This document shows positions 41,052-55,679 of a stretch of DNA of 64,000 bases, one piece after another. Positions within the stretch are counted from its first letter, which is position 1. The number at the start of each line of letters is the position of its first letter. The notes below the pieces were generated by a model. That model searched no databases. It was not told the DNA's origin and worked only from the letters and a program-made list of their open reading frames with translations. A program made the position numbers and the translations under genes. The stretch lies in the NCBI RefSeq assembly GCF_009914755.1, contig NC_060940.1; one strand, 5' to 3'. Source of the DNA: the human T2T-CHM13v2.0 reference genome, Homo sapiens.

Positions 41052-43455
41052 CTATGATACCATTCGATTCCATTCAATGATGATTCCACTCAAATCCATT
41101 GGATGATTCCATTCGTGTCCATTCGGTGATTTCATTAGATTCCATTCGAGGATGATTCCATTCGATTCCATTCGATGATTCCATTCAATTCCATTAGATG
41201 ATGATTCCATTCCAGTCCATATGATCATTCCATTCAATTCCATACGATGATGATTCCATTTGATTTGATTCGACAGTGAGCCATTTGATTCAATTCCATG
41301 ATGATTCTATTTGATTCAATTGGTTGACATTTCCATTCGATTCCATTCGATGATGATTCCCTTTGATTCCGTTCAAAGATGATTCCATTCTAGCCCATTC
41401 AATCATTCCATTCGATTCTATTCAATGATGATTCCATTCATGTCGATTTGGTGATTCCATTTGACTTCATTTGATGATGATTCCTTTCAAGTTCATTAGA
41501 TGATTCCATTCGATTCCATTTGATGATGATCCCATTCGAGTCCATTCAGTGATTCCATTCATTTCCATTCCATGATGATTCCATTCCTTTCCATTCAATG
41601 ATTCCATTCGATTCCGTTTGATGATGATTTCATTCGAGTCCATTTGATGATTCCATTTGATTCCATTCGATGATGATTCCATTCGAGTCCATTCGATGAT
41701 TCTATTCGAATCCATTTGATGATTTCTTTTGATTATATTTGGTGATGATTCCATTGGAGTCCATTCAATGATTCCATTCTATTCCAATCGATGATGATTC
41801 CATTAGAGTCCATTTAATGATTCCATTTGATTCCAGTCTCTGATGATTACATTCGAGTCCATACGATGATTCCACTCAATTCCATATGATGATGATTCCA
41901 TTTGATTCCATTCGGTGATTCCATTCTATTCTATTCAATGGTGATTCCATTCGAGTACATTAGATGATTCCATTCGATTCCATTCAATGATGATTCTATT
42001 TGTGTCCCTTAGATGATTCCACATGATTCCATTACATGATGATACTATTTGAGCCCATCCAATGATTCCCTTCGATTCCATTCGATGAGGATTCCATTCG
42101 ATTCAATTCATTGGTGATTCTATTCAATTCAATTCTTTGATTCCATTCCATTCCATTCGACAATGATTCCATTCGATTTCTTTCGATGATTCCACTCGAT
42201 TCCACTTGACATTGATTCCATTCGATTCCATTCAATGATTCCATTTGATTCCAGTGGATGATGATTGCCATCGATTCCATTCGATCACTCCATTCTATTC
42301 CATTTGATGATGATTACATTCGATTCCATTTGATGATTCCATCTGATTCTATTCGAGGATTCCATTTGATTCCATTCGATGATGATTCCATTCGAGTCCA
42401 TTCGATGATTTCATTCGAGTACATCCAATGATTCCATTCGAGTCCATTAGATGATTCCGTTTGATTCCATTTGAAAATGATTCTACTAGAGTCCATTCAA
42501 TGACTCCATTCGAGTCCATTCAACAATTCCATTCGACTCCATTCGATGATTCCATTCGATTCCATTTGATGGTTCCATTCGAGTCCATTTAATCATTACA
42601 GTCGAGTCCGTTTGGTGATTCCACTGGATTTCTTTTGATAATGATACCATTCAATTACATTTGATGATGATCCCATTCAATTTCATTTGATGATGATTCC
42701 ATTAGAGTCCATTCGATGATTTCATTCGAGTCCCTTCATTGATTCCATCCGATTTCATTGGATGATGACTCCATTCGAGTCCATTCGATGATTCCACTCG
42801 ATTCCATTAGATGACTCCATTGGAGTCCATTTGATTGTTCCATTCGATTCCATTCGATTCCTTTCGAAGATTATTCCATTTGAGTCCATTCGATGATGAT
42901 TCCATTCCATTCCATTCGATGATTCCGTTTGATTCCATTCGATGATTCCCTTCGATTCCTTTCTTTGATGATTCCATTCCATTCCATTCAATGATTCCAT
43001 TCGAATCTATTCCATGATGATTCCTTTCGATTCCATTCGCTGATGTTTCCGTTCAATTCCATTCGATGATGATTCCATTCGATTCCATTCATTGAGGATT
43101 CCATTTGATTCCATTCAATGATGATTCCATTCTATTCCATTCAATGATTTCATTCAATTCCATTCAATGATTATCCCCTTAGAGTAAACTCAACGATTCC
43201 ATTCAATACCATTCGATGATGATTCCTTTTGAGTCCATTCAATGATTTCATTCAAGTCCATTTGATGATTCCTTTCAATTCCATTCGATGATGATTCCAT
43301 TCGAGTCCATTCGATGATTCCATTCGATTGCATTCGATGATTCCATTATATTCCATTCAACGGTGATTCCATTCGAGTCCATTCCATGATTCCATTAGAG
43401 TACATTTAATGATTGCTTTGTTTTCAATTCGAAGATGATTGCATTGGATTCCATT
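41052..43455 (+). repeat. Truncated HOR unit 7 (2404 bp; 3708 bp short of canonical)
   Basis: Anchors 41052 and 43456. Chimeric junction ccagtccatatgatca-ttccatt-caattccatacg at 41228-41234. CCGG spacing 36685 to 45201 is 8516 = 6112 + 2404. Confidence 0.9.
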
Positions 43456-46400
43456 CTATGATACCATTCGATTCCATTCAATGATGATTCCACTCAAATC
43501 CATTGGATGATTCCATTCGTGTCCATTCGGTGATTTCATTAGATTCCATTCGAGGATGATTCCATTCGATTCCATTCGATGATTCCATTCAATTCCATTC
43601 GATGATGATTCCATTCCAGTCCATATGATCATTCCATTTGATTTCATTCGATGATGATTCCATTCGATTCCATTCGACGATTCCATTCTATTCCATTCGA
43701 TGATGATTCCATTCGAGTCCATTCGATCAATCCATTCGAGTCCATTTAATGATTCCATTGGGTTCAATTCAATGATGATTACATTGGATTCCGTTCTATG
43801 ATTCCATTCAATTCCGTTCATTGACAATTTGATTCCATTCGATGATGATTCCATTTGAGTTCATTCGATGATTCTATTCGATTCTCTTCGATGGTGATTC
43901 AATTTTATTATATTGGATAATTCCATTCGATTCCATTTGATGTTGATTCAATTCGATTCTATTCGATGATGATTCCATTGGATTTCACTTGATGATTCTA
44001 TTCGATTCCATTCAATGATGATTCACTTCTCGTCCATTGGATGATTCCATTTCATTCCATTCGATGATGATTCCATTTGATTCCATTCGTTGATTCCATT
44101 TGATTCCATGCGACGGTGAGCAATTCGATTCAATTCCATGATGATTCTATTTGATTCAATTAGATGATGTTTCCATTCGAATCCATTCCATGATTATTCC
44201 ATTGGAATCCATTCGGCGATGATTCCATATGAGTCAATTCAATGATGATTCCATATGGGTCCGTTCGATGATAATTCCATTTGATTTCATTCGATGCTTC
44301 TATTCTATTCCAGTCGATGATGATTCCGTTGGAGTCCATACGATGATTCCATTTGATTTCATTTGATGATGATTCCATTCGATGATGATTACATTGGATT
44401 CCATTCTATGATTCCATTCAATTCCATTCGTTGATGATTCGATTCCATTCAATGATGATTCCATTTGAGTTCATTCGATGATTCTATTCGATTCCGTTCG
44501 ATGGTGATTCAATTCTATTATATTGGATGATTCCACTCGATTCCATTTGATGATTATTCCATTGGAGTCCACTTAGTGAATCCTTTAGATTCTACTCGAC
44601 GATGATTCCATTCGAGTCCATTCGATGATACCATTCAATTCCATTCGTTGATGCTTCCATTCAAGTGCATTCGATGATATCATTCGATTCCATTTGATGA
44701 TAATTCCATTTGATTCCATGCGATGATTCTATTCGATTCCATTCAATGATAATTCCATTCAATTCAGTGATTCCTCTGGACTCCATTTGATGATGATTCC
44801 ATTCAATGATTCCATTCGATTCTATTCGAAAATGATTCCATTTGAATCCATTTGATGATGATTCCATTAGATTCCATTTGATGATTCCATTCGATTCCAT
44901 TCGACGATGATTCCATTCGATTCCGTTTGATGATTCCATTCTATTCTATTCGATGATGATTCCATTCGATTCCATTCGATGATGATTGGATTCGATTCCA
45001 TTGGATGATTTCATTTGATTCCATTCGTTAATGATTTCGATCAATTCCATTCGATGATTCCATTCGATTCCATTCGATAATGATTACATCCGAGTCCATT
45101 CGATGATTCCCTTTGAGCCTGTTCGATAATTCCATTTGAGTCCAACCAATGATTCCATTCATTTCCATTCAATGATTCCATTCGAGTCCATTTGATCATT
45201 CCGGTAGGGTCCATTCGATGTTGATTCCATTGGAGTGCATTCGATGATTCCATTCGAGTCCATTTTAGGATTTGATTCGAGTCCTTTCGATGATTCCATT
45301 CGATTCCACTCGATGATGATTTCATTCGAGTCCATTCGACACTTCCAATCGATTCCATTTGATGATTCCATTCGAGTCCAATTGATGATTCCATTCAATT
45401 CCATTCGATGATGATTCCGTACGATTCCATTCTGTGATGATTCCATGTGATTGCATTCAATGATGATTCCTTTCGATTGCATTCGATTATGATTCATTTC
45501 GTGTTCATTCTATGGTTCCACAGGTTTCCATTCGTGTCCATTCCATTATTCCATTCTATTCCATTTGATGATGATTCCGTTCGATTCCATTCATTGGTGA
45601 TTCCACTCAATTCCATTCAATGATTCCATTCCATTTCTTTCAACAATGATTCCATTAGTTTCTAATCGATGATCCACTTGATTCCATTTGACGACGATTC
45701 CATTCTTGTCCATTCGATGATTCCATTTGATTCCATATGATGATGATTCCATTCGATTCCATACCATGATGATTCCATTCGAGTCCATTCAATGGTGATT
45801 CCATTCAATTCCATTCGATGATTCCTTTTGATTCCATTCGATGATGATGGCATTCGATTCCTTTCAATCATTCCCTTTGATTCCATTCAAAGGTGATTTC
45901 ATTCAAGTCCATTCGATAATTGCATTCGATTCCATTCTATGATGATTCCATTCGAGTCCATTTGATGATTCCATTCAATTCAAGTCAATGATGATTCCAT
46001 TCGATTCCGTTCGATGATTCCATTGGATTCCATTCGATGATGATTCCATTCAAATCCATTCGATAATTCAATTCAAGTCCATTCGATGATGATTCCAATC
46101 GAATCCATTCAAAGATTCCATTCAGTTCCATTTGATGATTCCCTTAGATTCCATTCGATGATTCCACTTGATTGCATTTACGATGATTCCATTCGATTCC
46201 ATGTGATGATTCCATTCAATTCTATTCAATGATGTCTCCATTTGATTCCATTCGACCATGATTGCCTTTGATTCCATTCAATGATTCCATTCGGTTCCGT
46301 TTGATGATGATTCCGTTCGATTCCATTTGATGATTCCATTTGATTCCATTGGATGAGTCCATTCGATTACATTCGATGATTATTCCATTCGAGTGCATTA

Positions 46401-49400
46401 GATGATTCCATTCGAGTCCATTCGATGATTCCATTCGATTCCATTCGATGTTGATTCTGTTCAAATCCATTCGATGATTCCACTCGATTCCATTCGTTGA
46501 CTCCATTTGATCCCATTCGATGATTTCCTTTGATTCCCTTTGATGATCATTCCATTTGATTCAATTCGGTGATTTCATTTGATTCCATTCAGTGATGTTT
46601 CCATTCGACTCCATTCGATGATGATTCCATTCGACTCCATTCGATTATGATTTCATTCAATTCCATTCGATAATGATTCCCTTCGAGTCCATTCGATGAT
46701 TCCATTCGATTCCATTCAACAATGATTTGATTCGTGTCCATTCGATGATTCCATTTGATTCCACATGATGATGATTCCATTCGAGTCCATTTGATGATTC
46801 CATTCAATTCCATACTCCGATGATTTCTTTTGAGCCCACTCAATGCTTCCACTCGATTCCATATGATGATGACTCCATTCGATGAAATTCGATGATGATT
46901 CCATTCGCTTGCTTTCGATGATGATTCCACTTGAGTCCGTTAGAAGATTCTATTCAATTACATTCCATGACGATTCCGTTCGAGTCCATTTGATGATTCC
47001 ATTAGACTCCATTCGACGATGATTCCATTCGATGTTATTCCATGATTCCATTCGATCTCATTCGATGATGATTCCATTCAACTCCATTCGATGTTTCCAT
47101 TCGAGTTCATTCTATTATTCCATTAGATTCCATTCGATGATGATTCCATTCGATTCCATTTGATGATTGCATTCTATTTCATTTGATGATGATTCCATTC
47201 GAGTCCACTCGATGATTCCATTCGAGTCCATTTAATGAATCCATTGGTTTCAATTCTATGATGATTACATTGGATTCCATTCGTTGATGATTTCATTCGG
47301 TTCCATTCAATGATGATTCCATTCAATTCCTTTCAATGTTTCCATTCAATTCCATACGATGATGATTCCATTTGATTTGATTCGACAGTGAGCCATTCGA
47401 TTCAATTCCATGATGATTCTATTTGATTCCATTGGTTGACATTTCCATTCGATTCCATTCGATGATGATTCCCTTTGATTCCGTTCAAAGATGATTCCAT
47501 TCTAGCCCATTCAATCATTCCATTCGATTCTATTCAATGATGATTCCATTCATGTCGATTTGGTGATTCCATTTGACTTCATTTGATGATGATTCCTTTC
47601 AAGTTCATTAGATGATTCCATTCGATTCCATTTGATGATGATCCCATTCGAGTCCATTCAGTGATTCCATTCGTTTCCATTCCATGATGATTCCATTCCT
47701 TTCCATTCAATGATTCCATTCGATTCCGTTTGATGATGATTTCATTCGAGTCCATTTGATGATTCCATTTGATTCCATTCGATGATGATTCCATTCGAGT
47801 CCATTCGATGATTCTATTCGAATCCATTTGATGATTTCTTTTGATTATATTTGGTGATGATTCCATTGGAGTCCATTCAATGATTCCATTCGATTCCAAT
47901 CGATGATGATTCCATTAGAGTCCATTTAATGATTCCACTTGATTCCAGTCTCTGATGATTACATTCGAGTCCATACGATGATTCCACTCAATTCCATATG
48001 ATGATGATTCCATTTGATTCCATTCGGTGATTCCATTCTATTCTATTCAATGGTGATTCCATTCGAGTACATTAGATGATTCCATTCGATTCCATTCAAT
48101 GATGATTCTATTTGTGTCCCTTAGATGATTCCACATGATTCCATTACATGATGATACTATTTGAGCCCATCCAATGATTCCCTTCGATTCCATTCGATGA
48201 GGATTCCATTCGATTCAGTTCATTGGTGATTCTATTCAATTCAATTCTTTGATTCCATTCCATTCCATTCGACAATGATTCCATTCGATTTCTTTCGATG
48301 ATTCCACTCGATTCCACTTGACATTGATTCCCTTCGATTCCATTCAATGATTCCATTTGATTCCAGTGGATGATGATTGCCATCGATTCCATTCGATCAC
48401 TCCATTCTATTCCATTTGATGATGATTACATTCGATTCCATTTGACGATTCCATCTGATTCTATTCGAGGATTCCATTTGATTCCATTCGATGATGATTC
48501 CATTCGAGTCCATTCGATGATTTCATTCGAGTACATCCAATGATTCCATTCGAGTCCATTAGATGATTCCATTTGATTCCATTTGAAAATGATTCTACTA
48601 GAGTCCATTCAATGACTCCATTCGAGTCCATTCAACAATTCCATTCGACTCCATTCGATGATTCCATTCGATTCCATTTGATGGTTCCATTCGAGTCCAT
48701 TTAATCATTACAGTCGAGTCCATTTGGTGATTCCACTGGATTTCTTTTGATAATGATACCATTCAATTACATTTGATGATGATCCCATTCAATTTCATTT
48801 GATGATGATTCCATTAGAGTCCATTCGATGATTTCATTCGAGTCCCTTCATTGATTCCATCCGATTTCATTGGATGATGACTCCATTCGAGTCCATTCGA
48901 TGATTCCACTCGATTCCATTAGATGACTCCATTGGAGTCCATTTGATTGTTCCATTCGATTCCATTCGATTCCTTTCGAAGATTATTCCATTTGAGTCCA
49001 TTCGATGATGATTCCATTCCATTCCATTCGATGATTCCGTTTGATTCCATTCGATGATTCCCTTCGATTCCTTTCTTTGATGATTCCATTCCATTCCATT
49101 CAATGATTCCATTCGAATCTATTCCATGATGATTCCTTTCGATTCCATTCGCTGATGTTTCCGTTCAATTCCATTCGATGATGATTCCATTCGATTCCAT
49201 TCATTGAGGATTCCATTTGATTCCATTCAATGATGATTCCATTCTATTCCATTCAATGATTGCATTCAATTCCATTCAATGATTATCCCATTAGAGTAAA
49301 CTCAACGATTCCATTCAATACCATTCGATGATGATTCCTTTTGAGTCCATTCAATGATTTCATTCAAGTCCATTTGATGATTCCTTTCAATTCCATTCTA

Positions 49401-49567
49401 TGATGATTCCATTCGAGTCCATTCGATGATTCCATTCGATTGCATTCGATGATTCCATTATATTCCATTCAACGGTGATTCCATTCGAGTCCATTCCATG
49501 ATTCCATTAGAGTACATTTAATGATTGCTTTGTTTTCAATTCGAAGATGATTACATTGGATTCCATT
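43456..49567 (+). repeat. HOR unit 8, canonical 6112 bp
   Basis: Anchors 43456 and 49568; CCGG at 45201 and 51313. Confidence 0.92.
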
Positions 49568-52500
49568 CTATGATACCATTCGATTCCATTCAATGATGAT
49601 TCCACTCAAATCCATTGGATGATTCCATTCGTGTCCATTCGGTGATTTCATTAGATTCCATTCGAGGACGATTCCATTCGATTCCATTCGATGATTCCAT
49701 TCAATTCCATTCGATGATGATTCCATTCCAGTCCATATGATCATTCCATTTGATTTCATTCGATGATGATTCCATTCGATTCCATTCGACGATTCCATTC
49801 TATTCCATTCGATGATGATTCCATTCGAGTCCATTCGATCAATCCATTCGAGTCCATTTAATGACTCCATTGGGTTCAATTCAATGATGATTACATTGGA
49901 TTCCGTTCTATGATTCCATTCAATTCCGTTCATTGACAATTTGATTCCATTCGATGATGATTCCATTTGAGTTCATTCGATGATTCTATTCGATTCTCTT
50001 CGATGGTGATTCAATTCTATTATATTGGATGATTCCATTCGATTCCATTTGATGTTGATTCAATTCGATTCTATTCGATGATGATTCCATTGGATTTCAC
50101 TTGATGATTCTATTCGATTCCATTCAATGATGATTCACTTCTCGTCCATTGGATGATTCCATTTCATTCCATTCGATGATGATTCCATTCGATTCCATTC
50201 GATGATTCCATTTGATTCCATGCGACGGTGAGCAATTCGATTCAATTCCATGATGATTCTATTTGATTCAATTAGATGATGTTTCCATTCGAATCCATTC
50301 CATGATTATTCCATTGGAATCCATTCGGCGATGATTCCATATGAGTCAATTCAATGATGATTCCATATGGGTCCGTTCGATGATAATTCCATTTGATTTC
50401 ATTCGATGCTTCTATTCTATTCCAGTCGATGATGATTCCGTTGGAGTCCATACGATGATTCCATTTGATTTCATTTGATGATGATTCCATTCGATGATGA
50501 TTACATTGGATTCCATTCTATGATTCCATTCAATTCCATTCGTTGATGATTCGATTCCCTTCAATGATGATTCCACTTGAGTTCATTCGATGATTCTATT
50601 CGATTCCGTTCGATGGAGATTCAATTCTCTTATATTGGATGATTCCACTCGATTCCATTTGATGATTATTCCATTGGAGTCCACTTAGTGAATCCTTTAG
50701 ATTCTACTCGAAGATGATTCCATTCGAGTCCATTCGATGATACCATTCAATTCCATTCGTTGATGCTTCCATTCAAGTGCATTCGATGATATCATTCGAT
50801 TCCATTTGATGATAATTCCATTTGATTCCATGCGATGATTCTATTCGATTCCATTCAATGATAATTCCATTCAATTCAGTGATTCCTCTGGACTCCATTT
50901 GATGATGATTCCATTCAATGATTCCATTCGATTCTATTCGAAAATGATTCCATTTGAATCCATTTGATGATGATTCCATTAGATTCCATTTGATGATTCC
51001 ATTCGATTCCATTCGACGATGATTCCATTCGATTCCGTTTGATGATTCCATTCTATTCTATTCGATGATGATTCCATTCGATTCCATTCGATGATGATTG
51101 GATTCGATTCCATTTGATGATTTCATTTGATTCCATTCGTTAATGATTTCGATCAATTCCATTCGATGATTCCATTCGATTCCATTCGATAATGATTACA
51201 TCCGAGTCCATTCGATGATTCCATTTGAGCCTGTTCGATAATTCCATTTGAGTCCAACCAATGATTCCATTCATTTCCATTCAATGATTCCATTCGAGTC
51301 CATTTGATCATTCCGGTTGGGTCCATTCGATGTTGATTCCATTGGAGTGCATTCGATGATTCCATTCGAGTCCATTTTAGGATTTGATTCGAGTCCTTTC
51401 GATGATTCCATTCGATTCCACTCGATGATGATTTCATTCGAGTCCATTCGACACTTCCAATCGATTCCATTTGATGATTCCATTCGAGTCCAATTGATGA
51501 TTCCATTCAATTCCATTCGATGATGATTCCGTACGATTCCATTCTGTGATGATTCCTTGTGATTGCATTCAATGATGATTCCTTTCGATTGCATTCGATT
51601 ATGATTCATTTCGTGTTCATTCTATGGTTCCACAGGTTTCCATTCGTGTCCATTCCATTATTCCATTCTATTCCATTTGATGATGATTCCATTCGATTCC
51701 ATTCATTGGTGATTCCACTCAATTCCATTCAATGATTCCATTCCATTTCTTTCAACAATGATTCCATTAGTTTCTAATCGATGATCCACTTGATTCCATT
51801 TGACGACGATTCCATTCTTGTCCATTCGATGATTCCATTTGATTCCATATGATGATGATTCCATTCGATTCCATACCATGATGATTCCATTCGAGTCCAT
51901 TCAATGGTGATTCCATTCAATTCCATTCGATGATTCCTTTTGATTCCATTCGATGATGATGGCATTCGATTCCTTTCAATCATTCCCTTTGATTCCATTC
52001 AAAGGTGATTTCATTCAAGTCCATTCGATAATTGCATTCGATTCCATTCTATGATGATTCCATTCGAGTCCATTTGATGATTCCATTCAATTCAAGTCAA
52101 TGATGATTCCATTCGATTCCATTCGATGATTCCATTGGATTCCATTCGATGATGATTCCATTCAAATCCATTCGATAATTCAATTCAAGTCCATTCGATG
52201 ATGATTCCAATCGAATCCATTCAAAGATTCCATTCAGTTCCATTCGATGATTCCCTTAGATTCCATTCGATGATTCCACTTGATTGCATTTACGATGATT
52301 CCATTCGATTCCATGTGATGATTCCATTCAATTCTATTCAATGATGTCTCCATTTGATTCCATTCGACCATGATTGCCTTTGATTCCATTCAATGATTCC
52401 ATTCGGTTCCGTTTGATGATGATTCCGTTCGATTCCATTTGATGATTCCATTTGATTCCATTGGATGAGTCCATTCGATTACATTCGATGATTATTCCAT

Positions 52501-55500
52501 TCGAGTGCATTAGATGATTCCATTCGAGTCCATTCGATGATTCCATTCGATTCCATTCGATGTTGATTCTGTTCAAATCCATTCGATGATTCCACTCGAT
52601 TCCATTCGTTGACTCCATTTGATCCCATTCGATGATTTCCTTTGATTCCCTTTGATGATCATTCCATTTGATTCAATTCGGTGATTTCATTTGATTCCAT
52701 TCAGTGATGTTTCCATTCGACTCCATTCGATGATGATTCCATTCGACTCCATTCGATTATGATTTCATTCAATTCCATTCGATAATGATTCCCTTCGAGT
52801 CCATTCGATGATTCCATTCGATTCCATTCAACGATGATTTGATTCGTGTCCATTCGATGATTCCATTTGATTCCACTTGATGATGATTCCATTCGAGTCC
52901 ATTTGATGATTCCATTCAATTCCATACTCCGATGATTTCTTTTGAGCCCACTCAATGCTTCCACTCGATTCCATATGATGATGACTCCATTCGATGAAAT
53001 TCGATGATGATTCCATTCGCTTGCTTTCGATGATGATTCCACTTGAGTCCGTTAGAAGATTCTATTCAATTACATTCCATGACGATTCCGTTCGAGTCCA
53101 TTTGATGATTCCATTAGACTCCATTCGACGATGATTCCATTCGATGTTATTCGATGATTCCATTCGATCTCATTCGATGATGATTCCATTCAACTCCATT
53201 CGATGTTTCCATTCGAGTTCATTCTATTATTCCATTAGATTCCATTCGATGATGATTCCATTCGATTCCATTTGATGATTGCATTCTATTTCATTTGATG
53301 ATGATTCCATTCGAGTCCACTCGATGATTCCATTCGAGTCCATTTAATGAATCCATTGGTTTCAATTCTATGATGATTACATTGGATTCCATTCGTTGAT
53401 GATTTCATTCGGTTCCATTCAAGGATGATTCCATTCAATTCCTTTCAATGTTTCCATTCAATTCCATACGATGATGATTCCATTTGATTTGATTCGACAG
53501 TGAGCCATTCGATTCAATTCCATGATGATTCTATTTGATTCAATTGGTTGACATTTCCATTCGATTCCATTCGATGATGATTCCCTTTGATTCCGTTCAA
53601 AGATGATTCCATTCTAGCCCATTCAATCATTCCATTCGATTCTATTCAATGATGATTCCATTCATGTCGATTTGGTGATTCCATTTGACTTCATTTGATG
53701 ATGATTCCTTTCAAGTTCATTAGATGATTCCATTCGATTCCATTTGATGATGATCCCATTCGAGTCCATTCAGTGATTCCATTCGTTTCCATTCCATGAT
53801 GATTCCATTCCTTTCCATTCAATGATTCCATTCGATTCCGTTTGATGATGATTTCATTCGAGTCCATTTGATGATTCCATTTGATTCCATTCGATGATGA
53901 TTCCATTCGAGTCCATTCGATGATTCTATTCGAATCCATTTGATGATTTCTTTTGATTATATTTGGTGATGATTCCATTGGAGTCCATTCAATGATTCCA
54001 TTCGATTCCAATCGATGATGATTCCATTAGAGTCCATTTAATGATTCCATTTGATTCCAGTCTCTGATGATTACATTCGAGTCCATACGATGATTCCACT
54101 CAATTCCATATGATGATGATTCCATTTGATTCCATTCGGTGATTCCATTCTATTCTATTCAATGGTGATTCCATTCGAGTACATTAGATGATTCCATTCG
54201 ATTCCATTCAATGATGATTCTATTTGTGTCCCTTAGATGATTCCACATGATTCCATTACATGATGATACTATTTGAGCCCATCCAATGATTCCCTTCGAT
54301 TCCATTCGATGAGGATTCCATTCGATTCAGTTCATTGGTGATTCTATTCAATTCAATTCTTTGATTCCATTCCATTCCATTCGACAATGATTCCATTCGA
54401 TTTCTTTCGATGATTCCACTCGATTCCACTTGACATTGATTCCCTTCGATTCCATTCAATGATTCCATTTGATTCCAGTGGATGATGATTGCCATCGATT
54501 CCATTCGATCACTCCATTCTATTCCATTTGATGATGATTACATTCGATTCCATTTGACGATTCCATCTGATTCTATTCGAGGATTCCATTTGATTCCATT
54601 CGATGATGATTCCATTCGAGTCCATTCGATGATTTCATTCGAGTACATCCAATGATTCCATTCGAGTCCATTAGATGATTCCATTTGATTCCATTTGAAA
54701 ATGATTCTACTAGAGTCCATTCAATGACTCCATTCGAGTCCATTCAACAATTCCATTCGACTCCATTCGATGATTCCATTCGATTCCATTTGATGGTTCC
54801 ATTCGATTCCATTTAATCATTACAGTCGAGTCCATTTGGTGATTCCACTGGATTTCTTTTGATAATGATACCATTCAATTACATTTGATGATGATCCCAT
54901 TCAATTTCATTTGATGATGATTCCATTAGAGTCCATTCGATGATTTCATTCGAGTCCCTTCATTGATTCCATCCGATTTCATTGGATGATGACTCCATTC
55001 GAGTCCATTCGATGATTCCACTCGATTCCATTAGATGACTCCATTGGAGTCCATTTGATTGTTCCATTCGATTCCATTCGATTCCTTTCGAAGATTATTC
55101 CATTTGAGTCCATTCGATGATGATTCCATTCCATTCCATTCGATGATTCCGTTTGATTCCATTCGATGATTCCCTTCGATTCCTTTCTTTGATGATTCCA
55201 TTCCATTCCATTCAATGATTCCATTCGAATCTATTCCATGATGATTCCTTTCGATTCCATTCGCTGATGTTTCCGTTCAATTACATTCGATGATGATTCC
55301 ATTCGATTCCATTCATTGAGGATTCCATTTGATTCCATTCAATGATGATTCCATTCTATTCCATTCAATGATTGCATTCAATTCCATTCAATGATTATCC
55401 CATTAGAGTAAACTCAACGATTCCATTCAATACCATTCGATGATGATTCCTTTTGAGTCCATTCAATGATTTCATTCAAGTCCATTTGATGATTCCTTTC

Positions 55501-55679
55501 AATTCCATTCTATGATGATTCCATTCGAGTCCATTCGATGATTCCATTCGATTGCATTCGATGATTCCATTATATTCCATTCAACGGTGATTCCATTCGA
55601 GTCCATTCCATGATTCCATTAGAGTACATTTAATGATTGCTTTGTTTTCAATTCGAAGATGATTACATTGGATTCCATT
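49568..55679 (+). repeat. HOR unit 9, canonical 6112 bp
   Basis: Anchors 49568 and 55680; CCGG at 51313 and 57425. Confidence 0.92.
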
